Program-made: the position numbers and the translations under genes | In this document: in pieces, positions 13,961 through 27,740 of the stretch | Numbering within the stretch: the stretch's first letter is position 1 | Layout of the letters: every line of letters starts with the position of its first letter | Assembly (NCBI RefSeq): GCF_018350175.1 | Contig: NC_058368.1 | Location: forward strand, 44,394,001-44,458,000 | Direction of reading: 5' to 3' | Source: Felis catus | Taxonomy: Eukaryota | DNA length: 64,000 nt | Notes under the pieces: model-generated | Seen by the model: only the letters and a program-made list of their open reading frames with translations | Told to the model about the DNA's origin: nothing | Databases searched by the model: none

Positions 13961-14890
13961 CTCTATGAATATCTTAACATAGAAAAGGAGGAAGACAAAT
14001 CACAGAGATGGAATTATCAGGATTAGAAAATAGAACAGGGCACAGAAGCATTTTGAAAAAAAATGTATAAAAGAGAACATTGGCAGTACTGTAGAAGACA
14101 AAGGAGATAAGGATTCAAGATAATCTATCAGATTTGCCAATTAAGAGTCCATTTTGAGACATTTTGTTAACATGCCAGGTGATGGAAATTTGATACAAAA
14201 ACTGCCCACATAAACACAAAAATGACCCACTTTCTTTCCTGTGCTATTGACCTATCTTTCCCCATACTTATCAGGATGAATCCTTACTCATTACCCTAAA
14301 TCAAACATTGAATTTAAGTAAAGAAAAATATTGAAAGGGCAGTAGCTTCTTTCAACCTTTTTTTGAGCCTGCTTTTTTGCACCTTTTTCTACAATGGACT
14401 TTTTAAATCACTGATGGTAAAAAGATGAATGATACATTTAGAGCTCTTTTTTTTGCATGAAGCTGACATTATAGTAGTGCATTTGAGTTGAAACATTGCA
14501 TTAATAGGTTGTCCACATGAGAAGGGTTAAGAAAGTGAAGTCAAGGCTACTGTGAGAGTTTCTTAGAAATGGACGGATGTATGTAAGAAAGTTGTATTTC
14601 AGCTAATCTTTGAACAATGAGTAGAGATTATCTAAGCAAAGGGTGAGGAGAGGATTATATCATTCACAGGCCACACCTGTGAAAAATCCTGAATTACAAG
14701 CATGCACAGTGATTTGAAAAAAATGTGAAAAAAAGTCCAATGGCTGGAGCAGTGAGCAGGATGGAAAGAAGCATGGAAACATTTGAAGATGTAGGCAAAC
14801 GCGGATCACACAAGGCCTCACATATCATGCTAAGAATTGCAGTGTTTATCTTATGAGCAATATAAACGTGCTATTGACAAGATTACATTT

Positions 14891-15103
14891 AAAAATTTTT
14901 TAATGTTTATTTATTTTTGAGACAGAGGGAGACAGAGCACGAGTTGGGGAGGGGCAGAGAGAGAGGGAGACACAGAATCTGAAACAGGCTCCAGGCTCTG
15001 AGCTGTCAGCACAGAGCCTGATGCAGGGCTTGAACCCAAGAACCGTGATTTCATGACCTGAGCCAAAGTCAGACACTCAACCAACTGAGTCACCCAGGCC
15101 CCC
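14891..15103 (-). mobile_element. Can-SINE
   Basis: TSD gacaagattacattt at 14876 and 15104. Confidence 0.97.
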
Positions 15104-15189
15104 GACAAGATTACATTTTAAAAGTAAACTTTCTAGTTTTTCAGTTCTTGTTAATGTTAGTTATCTTCACGTTATTACTTACATCAGCC

Positions 15190-15414
15190 TTTTTGTTTCT
15201 TTTTTTTTTTTTTTGATGTTTATTTTACAGAGAGAGAGAGAGAGATAGAGCACAAGCAGGAAGAGGCAGAGAGAGGGAGACAAAATCTGAAGCAGGCTCG
15301 AGGCTCTGAGCCATCAGCATAGTGCCCCATGCAGGGCTCGAACTCAGGGACTGAGAGAGATCATGACCTGAGCTGAAGTCAGAGGCTTACCCCACTGAGT
15401 CACCCAGGTGTCCC
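15190..15414 (-). mobile_element. Can-SINE
   Basis: Poly-T, (GA)n and SINE body. Confidence 0.95.
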
Positions 15415-15554
15415 ATACATTGGCTTTTTATTCTCGAAAGTGTCCCATTTGAAAAATGACTTGTAACAGTCATTATAAGCAGACTGTACTTGTCAGGAAT
15501 TAGTGACTGAAGATGATGTCAAGAGGATGAATTTGAAATGTATTTAAATGTCAA

Positions 15555-15968
15555 GTGTACAGCAACTAATGAATGGATAAAGAAATTGTGGTTTATATAC
15601 ACAATGGAACACTACTTGGCAATGAGAAAGAATGAAATATGGCCTTTTGTAGCAACGTGGATGGAACTGGAGAGTGTTATGCTAAGTGAAAGAAGTCATA
15701 CAGAGAAAGACAGATACCATATGTTTTCACTCTTATGTGGATCCTAAGAAACTTAACAGAAGACCATGGGGGGAGGGGAAGGAAAAAAAAAAGTTAGAGA
15801 TGGAGGGAGCCAAACCATAAGAGACTCTTAAGAACTGAGAATAAACTGAGGGTTGATGGGGGTTGGGAGGGAGGGGAGGGTGGGTGATGGGTATTGAGGA
15901 GGGCACCTGTTGGGATGAGCACTGGGTGTTGTATGGAAACCAATTTGATAATAAATTTCATATTTAAA
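15555..15968 (+). mobile_element. Young felid-type L1, 5'-truncated (ORF2 C-terminus plus 3'UTR)
   Basis: NEWIKKLWFIYTMEHY..KNEIWPFVATWMELESVMLSE; G-rich 3'UTR; aataaa; TSD aaatgtcaa at 15546 and 15969. Confidence 0.95.
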
Positions 15969-16179
15969 AAATGTCAAATGTCAGGATTTGACTGGAATAC
16001 AGGAATAAGAGAAAAGTTGAGTCTGTGATGATATTTACGATTCAAGGTTGCACAACCTATAAAGGTGCTTCCACTCAGTAAGAACACTGGGGAAGGGTAC
16101 AGTTTTTAATGACAGGAGTTTCAGGAGCAAAAAACAAGACGGGAACTAAAGATGAGTTCAGTTTCTTGACATTTTGAAT

Positions 16180-16325
16180 TTTTTTTTCTTTTTCTTTTCT
16201 TTTCTTTTGTTTCTTTTTTTTTTTTAAAGTAGGCACCATGCTTCATGCCCAGTGGACCCTGAGATCAAGACCTGAGCTAAGATCAAGAGTCAGATGTTTA
16301 ACTGACTGAGCCACCCAGGCACCCC
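16180..16325 (-). mobile_element. Short Can-SINE
   Basis: T-rich tail and gactgagccacccaggcacccc head. Confidence 0.9.
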
Positions 16326-17933
16326 AATACATTGACTTTTAATCATCTATGAGACATACTACTGGAAATATCATGCAGATAGAGAAATGGAACTGGTATG
16401 CCAATTATAATTTTAAAATATATTTCTAAATGGAAACTGAAAATGAAGTATGGTGAAGTCCCCATGGGGAAGGTAACTGGCTAAGAAAAAGGCCAAGAAT
16501 GGTAGCCAAGCACATGAAGGTAAAAGGAAGAGATAATGTCAAAAGATACCAAAATAAGATTAAAAAGAAGAAGAAAAATAGAAAGATTATGTTATTCCAT
16601 GATCCTATGGAAGAGAGTATTTTAAGAGAAAATACTGAAAATCTGAACCTAATTTTTCTAAGATGTTACACGTGACGAGGCCTAGTGGACTTGGTTACCC
16701 AGGTAAGGTTAAGGAAGCCTTTGACATCTTTACATACAAATGAAATGTGTGGCATGGAAGAAGAAAATCCCATGAAGCAATCATACTTTTACTCTTCATT
16801 AAATAGTTCTTTTTAAACATTATCTGTCATTATATATTGTCTACTCCTTTGCTAATTTTGTTGTCAATTCATCTGTTAGTTCAAGATCTATTATCCAAAA
16901 TAATGTTTTCAGCCATTTCAGTAATAAGATATATTCCTTATCCGATTTCCTTGCATTGTGAATATTTAACTGTGGGCAACCACACTACCATTATCTCTGA
17001 ATTACTGAATGTTACATGAGAAAGTCGCAAAATCATGCTAGTATAGTCTATTGACAAAATATTTAACGTGCCAGGCATTTATTATGTGCCAGGCTCTGTG
17101 TTACACAACAAAGAAACTAGACTATGAGCAGATGAACAGATGGAACTCTCTCGTATAGTTGAGTACATTTGGCCTAATATTTGTGAGCTTAGCAGATACT
17201 TGACTTTTTGTAGACTAAACATATAACTCCCGATCTAACAAAAATTTCAGTGCTGCATGAGAAAAAGTACTTGTTTTATTCATAAAAATGTGTGATTCAC
17301 ATAGGTTAAAGAATGTTTGAAAACATTTTTTGTATTTTATTATTTACTGATATTTGGAACAATCAAATTATAAAATGAGTCAATCAGAAATTAGCAATGC
17401 CTGGTAAGAATTCAGAAAATAATCAGAACTATTTAAATAATACCCTATTAAAATGTTCAAAAATTTAAAATTAAATAAATAATAAAACAATAAGTAGCAT
17501 AATAATCATTGTAAAAAAAAAAAGGCCACGAGTAGAATCGGGAGTAAATATAGTAGAATGCAACTCCAATACATACTCTCTTTCACTTAATGTCTAATAA
17601 ACTAAGTCAAGTAAAATAGAAAATTATCAACTAAGCAAAAGAGGTTAAAATTTCCTGCTATAATCTTTAAAATAAGGTTTTCAAAATCAACTTCTCACAG
17701 TATGACTTACTTAATATCTTGAAAAGAACATTGATTCAACACACTTAAAAGTGATTGATAAAATATGTTTTAAAAAATTCCATAACATAACACAGCTTAG
17801 TTCACATACAAAAAACTACAGGAGCTATGCAATAGACGTGAACAACAAAAACATTAAGAGATAGTAAAACCCAGAGTAGTAAGTTACTGCTAAAGCTATG
17901 GCTGCCTTATATAGTTAAGAAGCTTGTGTTTAA

Positions 17934-18148
17934 GGGACGTCTGGTGGCTTAGTGGATTAGGCATCCAACTTTGGCTCTGGTCATGATCTCACCATTCCTG
18001 AGTCCAAGCGTCATGTCGGGATCTGTGCTGACAGCTCAGAGCCTGGAGTCTGCTTCGGATTCTGTGTCTCCCTCTCTCTCTGTGTCATTCCCCTGCTCAT
18101 CTCTCAAAATAAACATTTAAAAAAAACAAAAAACAAACAAACAAAAAA
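17934..18148 (+). mobile_element. Can-SINE
   Basis: TSD cttgtgtttaa at 17923 and 18149. Confidence 0.95.
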
Positions 18149-18392
18149 CTTGTGTTTAAATGGTGATATTGGGGAGATTAGAATCCTAGAGTCATGCAGG
18201 GTATTGGGACTCAGGCTAAAGTCCTAGTGAAAGTTTATGGAAGAAACATAATCTATTGGCAGAATAATAAGAAAAGGAAAACTACCTAAGCTAAGATTTG
18301 AATGAAAATAAACAAAATGAGTTCCTAATACAGGCATATTCTGCAGAGCATCTAAACAATTAGTATTTTCTTTGGAAGAGTATCTCTTGGGA

Positions 18393-18597
18393 TTTTTTTT
18401 AAATGTTTATTTGTTCTGAAAGAGAGAGAGAGAGAGTACAAATGGCTGACAGGCAGAGAAATGGAGAGAGAGAATCCCAAGCAGCCTCCCTGCTGTCAGC
18501 GCAGAGCCCGACTCAGGGTTTGATTCCACAAAGTGTGAGATCATGACCTGAGCAGAAATTAAGAGTTGGCTGCTCAACTGAGCCACCCAGGTGCCCC
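18393..18597 (-). mobile_element. Can-SINE
   Basis: SINE body; degenerate TSD taYctcttgg. Confidence 0.94.
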
Positions 18598-19059
18598 ATA
18601 CCTCTTGGTTTTTAATATCCAATTTTCCTATGAAGGATATATCTCACTATAATGTGGTTCAGCCAGTACTTACAGGAAAAAATACATGTTCATTTCCAAA
18701 ACTCCTGGCAATATTATAAATAAGCTTGTAGGAAAAAAATCTAAATTTACATTTCAAATGCAATTTGTAGAGTCACAAAATCAAATGATGATGTTTAAAA
18801 AAACATTTCAAACATCAACAAAGGTGATATATATAAAATGTATGTAGGTATCACTAAGTATACACAAAGAAGCTGTTTAACATGAACACAAATTGCTTTC
18901 TAACAGGCAGAAATTGTTTAAAAAGAGTTTCACCCAAACACAATAATTTATTCTTACATATAAGTGCTTAGCTTTTTTTAGTTGTGCTATTCAGAAAACT
19001 CTTGGGGTTTTGCATTAATGTGTCCAGTATTTTTTCTTTTCCTTTTTAAAACAATGCAA

Positions 19060-19660
19060 AATCATGCAATAACATACATGACTCTCAAAAACATTAAACT
19101 AAATGAAATGTCATATAAAAGAATGCATAATATATAACTCCAAGTCTACAAATTGCTCCAAGTCCAGAGCAAGCAAAATTAATCACCATCACTGGAAAAA
19201 GTCACAACAGCTATTGCTTCTCAAAGAGTGAGGTCAGAAATTGACAAGAAGAGATATAAAGACATTTTCTGAGGTGATGTGAGTTACCTACATTTTGATA
19301 GTAGTTTGTGTTACAAGTATATGCATTTCTCAAAACAAATTAAGTACTAATATTTCTGCATTTCATTTTATGTAAGTTTTATCTAAAAATGATCACTAAA
19401 GTTTAGAATGCTAACTCTAGGATGCTAAAATGTCTATGGATGAAGTGTAATGATGTGTACAATGATTATTTTGAATTTTATCAACATAAAGGATGGATGG
19501 ATATATGTAGAGAGAGTATAAAGCAAATAGAGTAAAAGAGATGTGAAGTCTTGATGGTAGAATGGTAGAACATGGGTGGTCTGGAAATTTTTTCATTTTT
19601 CTGTATATTTGAAAACGTCATTATAAAATGCTGAAAAAGTTAATAATTAATAAAAAAATA
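19060..19660 (+). mobile_element. Old L1 (L1MC/L1ME-like) 3' region
   Basis: ctcaaaaacattaaactaaatgaaa..; ttttctgtatatttgaaaacgtcattataaaatg terminal motif. Confidence 0.6.
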
Positions 19661-20023
19661 AACTCCTAACAATACCTTTCATGCAGAAATTCTGATTTGA
19701 AGAACTGAATGATGACATTAGATAGAGATATCTCCATATGCTTCTTGTGTTGTGTAGACAACCCAAATCTTGAAAATTAACTTACATTAGGCCTTAGTAG
19801 GTAAAGAGTAGAGGATGCCTGGTAGAAGCAAACTCATATACTTACTGCACAGCTGCACTTTAAATCAAAATTAAACTTCTGATAAATTTTGTGAACCATG
19901 GACTCAGAAACAAACAAACAAAAAAAGAAAGAAAATAAGTGAAATAGAGATAGACACAGAGATAAAGATAGAGATTGTTAGCTAGGTAGAGAACACAAAT
20001 TACATAAAAGAAGAGTAAGTAGA

Positions 20024-20243
20024 GGGGTGCTTGGGTGGCTCAGTTGGTTAAGCATCTGACTCCTGATTTAGGCTCAGGTCATGATCTCATGGTTTGTGAG
20101 ATCAAGCCCCATGCTGGGCTCTGTGCTGACAGTGCAGAGCCTGCTTGGGATTCTCCTTCTCTCTCTCTGCCCCTCCTAAGCTCACACATGAGCATCCTCT
20201 CTCTTTCTCAAAATAAATAAATAAACTTTAAAAAGAAAAAAAA
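20024..20243 (+). mobile_element. Can-SINE
   Basis: Head, (CT)n, A tail; degenerate TSD agtMagtaga. Confidence 0.95.
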
Positions 20244-20536
20244 AGTCAGTAGAAAACAAATAGCAGGAAAGACCCTTCCCCCCAATTTCATATAATGAGA
20301 TTTTCATATACAGAATATATATCAGGTTTATCCAGCTGAGAATTATTCTGCAGATAGTTCTCTTCCTTATAGAAAATATCATTAATCCATTTAACTTGAA
20401 GTGTATTTCACAAGCAGATTAAATTATGTCTCCTGATTTCCCTTTCCTCTGGGAAGCTTCTTCTGTGTGGGACAGGAGAAACTACTGAGAAAGGGAGTAA
20501 ACAGAGAGCAAGCCATTCACTATGATTCCTAATTTT

Positions 20537-20750
20537 GGGTGCCTGGGTGGCTCAGTCGGTTAAGCATCCAATGTTGGCTCAGGTCATGATCTCACTGCTT
20601 GTGAGTTCAAGCCCTGCGTCAGGCTCTGTGTTGACAGCTCGGAGCCTGGAGCCTGCTTCAGATTCTGTCTCCATCTCTCTGCCCTCCTCTGCTTGCGCTC
20701 TGTCTCCGTCTCAAATATAAGATAAAAAACATTAAAAAATTAATAAAAAA
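20537..20750 (+). mobile_element. Can-SINE
   Basis: gggtgcctgggtggctcagtcggttaagc head and A tail. Confidence 0.95.
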
Positions 20751-23700
20751 GATGAAAATAGGTGAATTAAATCTCTGACTGCAATATCTAAAAAAAGATA
20801 CAAAATTAACCAAAATAAATAGTGTAAGAAAATAATAAAGATTAATGCAGAATTTGGCAAGGTTAATAATAAGTAAATTAAAATGCTTATTATTGAAAAA
20901 AATTCAATGAAATGCAAAACTGCTAGGTAACCTTTGCATAAAAACTTGATAAAACAAAATTAGACATAATAAAATGTGACAAGAATATAAAATAACTATT
21001 AAATTAGAGAAAAAATAAAAATAAAAAAGTATAATAGACAACTTTGCAAAAATCCATGGAAGTATATTTTAAAACAGATAAAATGTAAAAGCTCCTTGGG
21101 AAATAAAATTTTTAGTAAAAAAGAAAGTTTAAACAAGCATATTATCTCAGAAGACAGATAGAAAATTATTAAATGACTACACCACAAAAAACCAGAAAAT
21201 CCTAATTGCCCTAATGGATAAAACATCGATTGCGTGATCTCTTGGTAAACATGGCATCATATTCATGGAGTATCTGATTCACAAGATCTTTACTGTTGGA
21301 AAACATTTCAAAGAAGCAAACATTTTTTTATGGCCTTTCAAATTATCTTCTCCATGAGGGGGAATGAAGAAAAGGGAAAATTTTTGAAACTTTAATAAAA
21401 ATTTCCTTATAATAAGAGAATTGCAAATTTAAACTAAATTATCGTACCTTTTCTCTCCTGGTTCTTTGGCAAATGTTCAAAAGCTTGACAACATAGACTG
21501 TTGGTAAGTCTGTGTTTAAACTAACCCAACACATTGCTTGTGGGACTGCCAAATGTTACATCTATGAAAGAGAATTTGTTTGTATTTAACAAAATTATAT
21601 ATGCATTTATGCTTAGACATATACCCTACTTTTAGGATATATATCTGCACACATATGAAAAGATATTCATGACATATTTTATTCCGTCACTCTTTATCAA
21701 AAAGTCAAGATTTAAAGAGTATTATGTTATAAATTTTATGTAAAAAAAGAATAAATGTATATATATTTGGGTGTGTGCATATATGTGTGATGTGTGGCGT
21801 ATTGATGCATTTGAAATGTTTTCTATAGGTAATAATGGGAACAATTTGGAAAGACACAGATAGAAATAAGACTTTTTCTGTGTATACATTTTTAATAAGC
21901 AGGAATTAAGGCAAAGAAAAAACATACATGCTGAAATTTATTAAAAATTAAAACAACAAAACCTACTATTAACATTGTAACTATACATAAAAACCAATGA
22001 ATTCAGAACTCTAACTGCACACTTGTCTGAATTACATTCTGAGGACCAAAATGTTTGCATTGTACTGAAGTCAACATTTTACATGCAGTAATTCCTTTAA
22101 TATTCACAACACACTAGAAAATATACACTGTTACGTGGCCATAAAAGTATTATTGTAGATAGAACAATCAAGGTGTAGGGTAGCTAATGATTTGTTGTAG
22201 GATTAAAACATGGCTCCACACCATGCACTATCTACGTCTACATTGCTCTGTGAGAATTGTAATAACCAAGTACATGTGTAGCTAAGTAGGACAAAGTGTG
22301 TTTGTTTATATAATTTCTAAATGACTTTATGGCTTTATGTCTTTTTCACTGTATGCTTTATTTTCCCTATAGTATTTCACTATTTGAAATTTTTTTCTGA
22401 ATAATACCATCACTACAAACGTACACCAGACATAAACGAAGAAAGAATGGTAGTACAAAAATATCAATTATAAAAGTAAATTAAAATGGCAGACACAAAG
22501 ACCACTGGATTTCTATAGGGACAAATATTTGTTTCTGCATTTATTGTGTTCTATTATTTAAGAAAAGTAAGAATTCATTTGGTATCTTTTAAACCATAAT
22601 CATAGTGGTAGGAAGTGGAATAACTAAGAAAATTAATTTGTATTACTATAATTTCAAATGTGTAAAATGAAAATGCCACTTTTTTGAAAATAATGTTATT
22701 TTGACTCATTTTGATCAAGAATTCTTAGAAAACTTGTAAAAGGGGCATTTTCTCAAATTTGTACGATCTAAATATATATGATTGTTTCACAAAATTTACT
22801 AAAACTATGAAATAGAATTGTTTGTGAAAATAAAAGAGATCTATAGAAAAGCCAAATAATCTTTAAAGTTAAAGACCATCTAATTGTCACCAATCACAAT
22901 TTTGGGAATATAATCTAAGTTTTCATTGAATTTGCATTATATATTTTTTATATTACACATGGCATCATATTTAATGATGAGTATTATCTTCTTCCCTCTT
23001 GTATATTTAACTGAAAAACCATTTAACACTGACAGTGGTAAGCCTAACATAAAATATTTTGAGAAGGAACTATTAGGATTTTTTTCTTACTCTTTCATTT
23101 CTGAGTATGTATGAAGATACCACAGATACTTCTTTTAAGATGATTTTCAGCAATGATTATGTGAATATTTTGTAAGAGCATGCACTAATGCTTGTGATTT
23201 TCCTGATACAAAAGTTGTTAGAGCCTTAAATAAAACAACGTTTTTAATGACCTGCTGTCTATTCCCTGAGGCAATATAAAAGGATTCAAGGAACACACTG
23301 TAATGGGCCTTTTATGATTATTCTGCCCATTATACGGTGAATGCTTAAACATTTCTCCAAAGCAAATGCTTGCAGTTAGAATCCTGATGAGTTAAATATC
23401 CTTCATTACGATGAGCACTTACATATTTTCCTTTATGTACAACTTCAAGGTAACCAAATTGCTGAATTATATTTATGAGAAAAAAAAGTAAAAACAAAAA
23501 ATGTGAACACATTGTGTGTAAAGAAGATAAATAATAAGCTTCATACAGCTGCTGTTTCACAATTTTGGAATAGTTACTTCATGCCAAGGTCACTGCATAT
23601 GAAATTATTGGCATCTTTACTGAAACCCGGCACTTCTTGCACAAAAAAGCAGTAAATCCATCTACGGGAGTGATTGGGAAGCTAAAGCAGGAATACAACA

Positions 23701-25099
23701 TCTGTCAAGTAGTTTATGCATCTGGCCTACAGAAAGGTTTCTTATTTGCAAAAAAGGCAATTTTACCAGACTATATGTGCGAATAAAGATAGAGCCTTAC
23801 AACAAATCTTTAAATAGATGGCAAAGAAATGGAAAGTAAAATTATATTTATATCTTTTTATTCCTACAACAAACTAAAATATAGTTAGATTTATCATTAA
23901 TTGAACACAACTGCACCCACAAAGTGTTGATTAATGGGCCAGTGTAACCTAAGAAGTGAGTTTGTATCTTAGGCTTAACACTGCAAGTAGTTCTGACTTG
24001 TGCTCATAAAAACATCCTAAAAAGGCATGCATGTCAAATATGTACATGACATAATCCTCAAAAAAAGAAGATAGTAAGATAGAACATTAACTTTATAAAG
24101 ACTATAAAAGCAGAAAATAAAATATTGTGGGTGAATAAGCCCATCCTTATGTAAGGGAATTGGAAGAGGATTATATGAAGTACCACATTCAGTTTAAAAA
24201 TCAATCTAATCAGTACAGAATGGGAGAGGGGAACTTTTATGACAAATTATGACAAAGAAGGCCTAATTGATTACAAGATTGATATGTGACATCCATTTGA
24301 TGACATTTTAGATACATCTGCCATTAAAATATATTCAATAATAAAAAAATGTAAAATCATTGCTCAGTGGGGATAATATATTGTATTTACTACTCACTGT
24401 ACCCCTTAAGGGAAACATTGACCAACTATTGGATATCTTATAAAGGATTAAAATATCTATAAGTATAGAATTCAGAGAACTGCTAAGGCCAATATGCCTA
24501 TTAACACAGAAAAAGATAAAATAATGCTGCATTATTCCCATTGTTGTTGTTCAATATGTGGCAGATTATAAACTTTGCATTCTAAGAGAAAACACAAAAT
24601 CTCATCTATCTTTTTCTGACTTTAGAGTCAGATCTAGTCTTAGGTGATGGATGGCAATTTTTATAAGCAAGGAATAGAATTATGAAAAAAAAATTTTGTT
24701 GGGAACAAGTGGGAAAATATTTTAAGAACAGGATTATCCAAGATGGCAACTGTTGAGAATTCTAAAAGGTTAAAATTTTCCAAAAAAGACATCACTGGTG
24801 ACTTTCAAAGCAAAACAAATGCAAGGCAGACTATAAGAGTATCTGTGATGTGTACAGTTTTAAGGAAAATTGAATGAATATTGAGGCTAGCCTAATTTTT
24901 GTAGTTGAACACCAGTAGAAAGCAAGATTGTCAAATATAATTTAGAAGGGTTAGCAAAAATAACTATTTTTATTCTTTAAGTTAAAATATAGCATTGTTT
25001 TTAATCCCCTCCTCCAAAATAGAGGTATCCCGCTGCAACCTCTGTCTCTTGCTGAAAACAACTAGAAAACAACTAGAAAACACTACTACATTTACTACA

Positions 25100-26070
25100 T
25101 TTATTAAGATATGAATTTACAGTTTAAAGTTTCAACAAAGAAAACTTTAGGCCCAGATGATTTCATTGGCAAATTACACCAAAAATTTGATGAACAAATA
25201 CTATTTTTATGCAAACTTCCCAGAAATAGAAGAGGAAACACTTTACAACTCATATTTCAGACAAAGGTTCAATAATGCTAAAACAAGAAAAATGTAAGAA
25301 AACTGCAAATCAACATCACTCACAACAAATAGATGTAAAATTTATCAATAAAATCTTGATAAATAGAACACAGTAATATGTAAAATGATAGAAAAAAATC
25401 ATGAACAAGTGGGGTTTATCATATGTGTACAAGGTTGAGTCAACATTTGAAAATCAATAAATGTAATTCCATAACAACTTATTAATAAAGAGAAACCATA
25501 GGATTATCTCAATGGATTCAGGAGAGCTATTTGCCAAACTTCAACTTCCATTCCTGATTAAAAGAAACAAACAAAAAAACCCCAAAACCTCAGTAAATAG
25601 CAACAGAACAACTGAATGGACATCAAGAATACCCACAATCACCACTCAGATATAACAATGTATTAGAGAGCTTTTGAGATGAAAGATGCAAAAAAATGTA
25701 TGTATGTATGTATGTATGTATGTATGTATGAATGAATGAATGAATAAAATATATATTTTAGAAAATGAAAATGCCTGCATTCACATGCCATTACTATCTA
25801 CAAAGAACATTCCAGATAATCTGCATAAACCCAAAAATAGTAAGTCAATTCAGCAAGGCTGCAGAATGCAAAATCAATGTACAAAAGTATTTTTGTGTGT
25901 GTACTAACAATGAACAATGTGATACCACAATGTAAAAAAAGATATCATTTATAATAGCAACAAAAATACTTAGCTATACATCTAACAAAATGTACATAGT
26001 TTTGTTTAGATATTCTTTGATATCTTTCATCAGCATTTTATAGTTTTTGGCACAGAGATCAGATACAAAT
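25100..26070 (+). mobile_element. Old L1 ORF2 (RT region) fragment; last ~70 nt inverted
   Basis: ggcccagatgatttcattggcaaatt, caagtggggtttatc, ttcagcaaggctgcagaatgcaaaatcaat; contains (TATG)n(AATG)n at 25697-25746. Confidence 0.8.
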
Positions 26071-26099
26071 ACTGGGTCACAGTCACTATCCAAAATTTA

Positions 26100-26835
26100 A
26101 TCCTGTCAATGTTCTATGTAACTGGCAACCTGGTTTCTCAGTTACTAGACCCTTCTCTCCTGATATTAAACTCCACCCTACTTCCATTACTTACTTCCAT
26201 GGCAGTATTCTAGGTATTTCACTACTCAGACCTGAAGGGACTGCAATATCTCAAGTTAAAATGTTTCACATTTTAATCATAGTTACCTATTTTGGCTGCT
26301 TACCACCATCAACACTCCATTTTTAGCCATCAATTAACCCTCTGGAATCTTTAATCAACTGATTCAACTAGTACTTTCTACTGCCTCCCACCCACCCCTT
26401 CCTTCATATCATCTTACTTTCTTCCCTCTTATCCAGTTTAAATTTATCATTATACCAACTTCCAAAACTTTGCCAATCTCTTGTTTGGTCATATTAGTTG
26501 GCTTAAAATTCTTACATTATTAAATCTAAATTCCTTCTAAAATGTGCCTTTACTCACAAAGCTAACAATGGCTAGAGAAATCCTAGTATATACCTATCAT
26601 ATATTTTACATGAATAAAATCAGTAATTGTGGGCTTTGACAACATTATCCTTAATATCCTACCATGGACCTCTTCTTCTGTGTTCACAAGTAATATTTTG
26701 GCACCTGAGAAATCATTAAATTAAAGGATTTTTGCCTTATCGATCTCTGTTCAATATACTTTGAAAATAGCAGTCTCCATCAATACTTGCTAAATGAAGA
26801 AAATGAATACATGAATGAATGGATGATTGAATAAA
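26100..26835 (+). mobile_element. L2 fragments
   Basis: Pyrimidine-rich L2-like body ending caatacttgctaaatgaa..tgaatgaatggatgattgaat. Confidence 0.5.
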
Positions 26836-26914
26836 TATACAAATATCTAAAGTTAAGTCAATAATTTAATACAGTCGTATGCAAATTTTAATGTACAACA
26901 GAGTCAAAGGAATG

Positions 26915-27060
26915 GCCTGTTAAAACAGAGATTATGGGGCCTGTTCCAAGAATTTCCAATTCAGTAGGTCTTAGGCTGTTTCTTAAAAATTTACATTTCT
27001 AATAGTACTACAGGGATGGTGATATTAGTGGTTCATGGAGCACATTTTAGAGAATATTTG
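26915..27060. mobile_element. MER5A-like hAT-Charlie MITE
   Basis: gttaaaacagagatt..aattcagtaggtct..tttacatttctaa..ggtgat..cacattttagagaa. Confidence 0.7.
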
Positions 27061-27558
27061 ACTTAAGAGAGTTAATCCACTGGTGGGTGAAAATAGACTG
27101 TAATGACATTATAATAAAAATTCCAAATAAATGCCTGTGTTAAAAATTGGTTGTGAAGTTGATAATATCCCCAACCATTCAAAATATGACATGCCTTGGA
27201 AGAAATGCAAACAATCTATTCCATAAAACATTTATAGATGGGTTTTCAACCTTCTCTTTACCCATTAATGTTTTTCATTTTACTTTCAATTTTTTAATTC
27301 TAACGAAAAGTAGAGAGTGTAATACAATTAACATTATATATTCTTCACCTACATAATTTGTTAATTCTTAACATTTTACTTTTGTTCGCAGTTGTTAACC
27401 CTTGCTTGCTTTTTCCTTCTTTTTTTTCCCCCTCTCTCATACTCTCTTCCTTCACACACACACAGGCACACATGCACCACCACACAGAATACATAGCTAG
27501 CTATACATTTTATAGGTGAATAGAAAATCAGAATTCAGGTGTTAAGTTTCTAAGATAA

Positions 27559-27740
27559 TGGAGTGCGTGGGTGGCTCAGCTGGTTAAGCATCTGACTTCA
27601 TCCTGGGTCATGATCTCTGGGTTCGTGAGTTAAAGCCCAGCATTGGGCTCTTTGCTATCAGCACAGAACCTGCTTCAGATCCTTGGTCTCCCCCTCCTCC
27701 CTCTCTGTCCCTCCTCTGTTCTCTCTCTCTGTCAAAAATC
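27559..27740 (+). mobile_element. Can-SINE
   Basis: gggtggctcagctggttaagcatctgact head and (CT)n. Confidence 0.9.
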
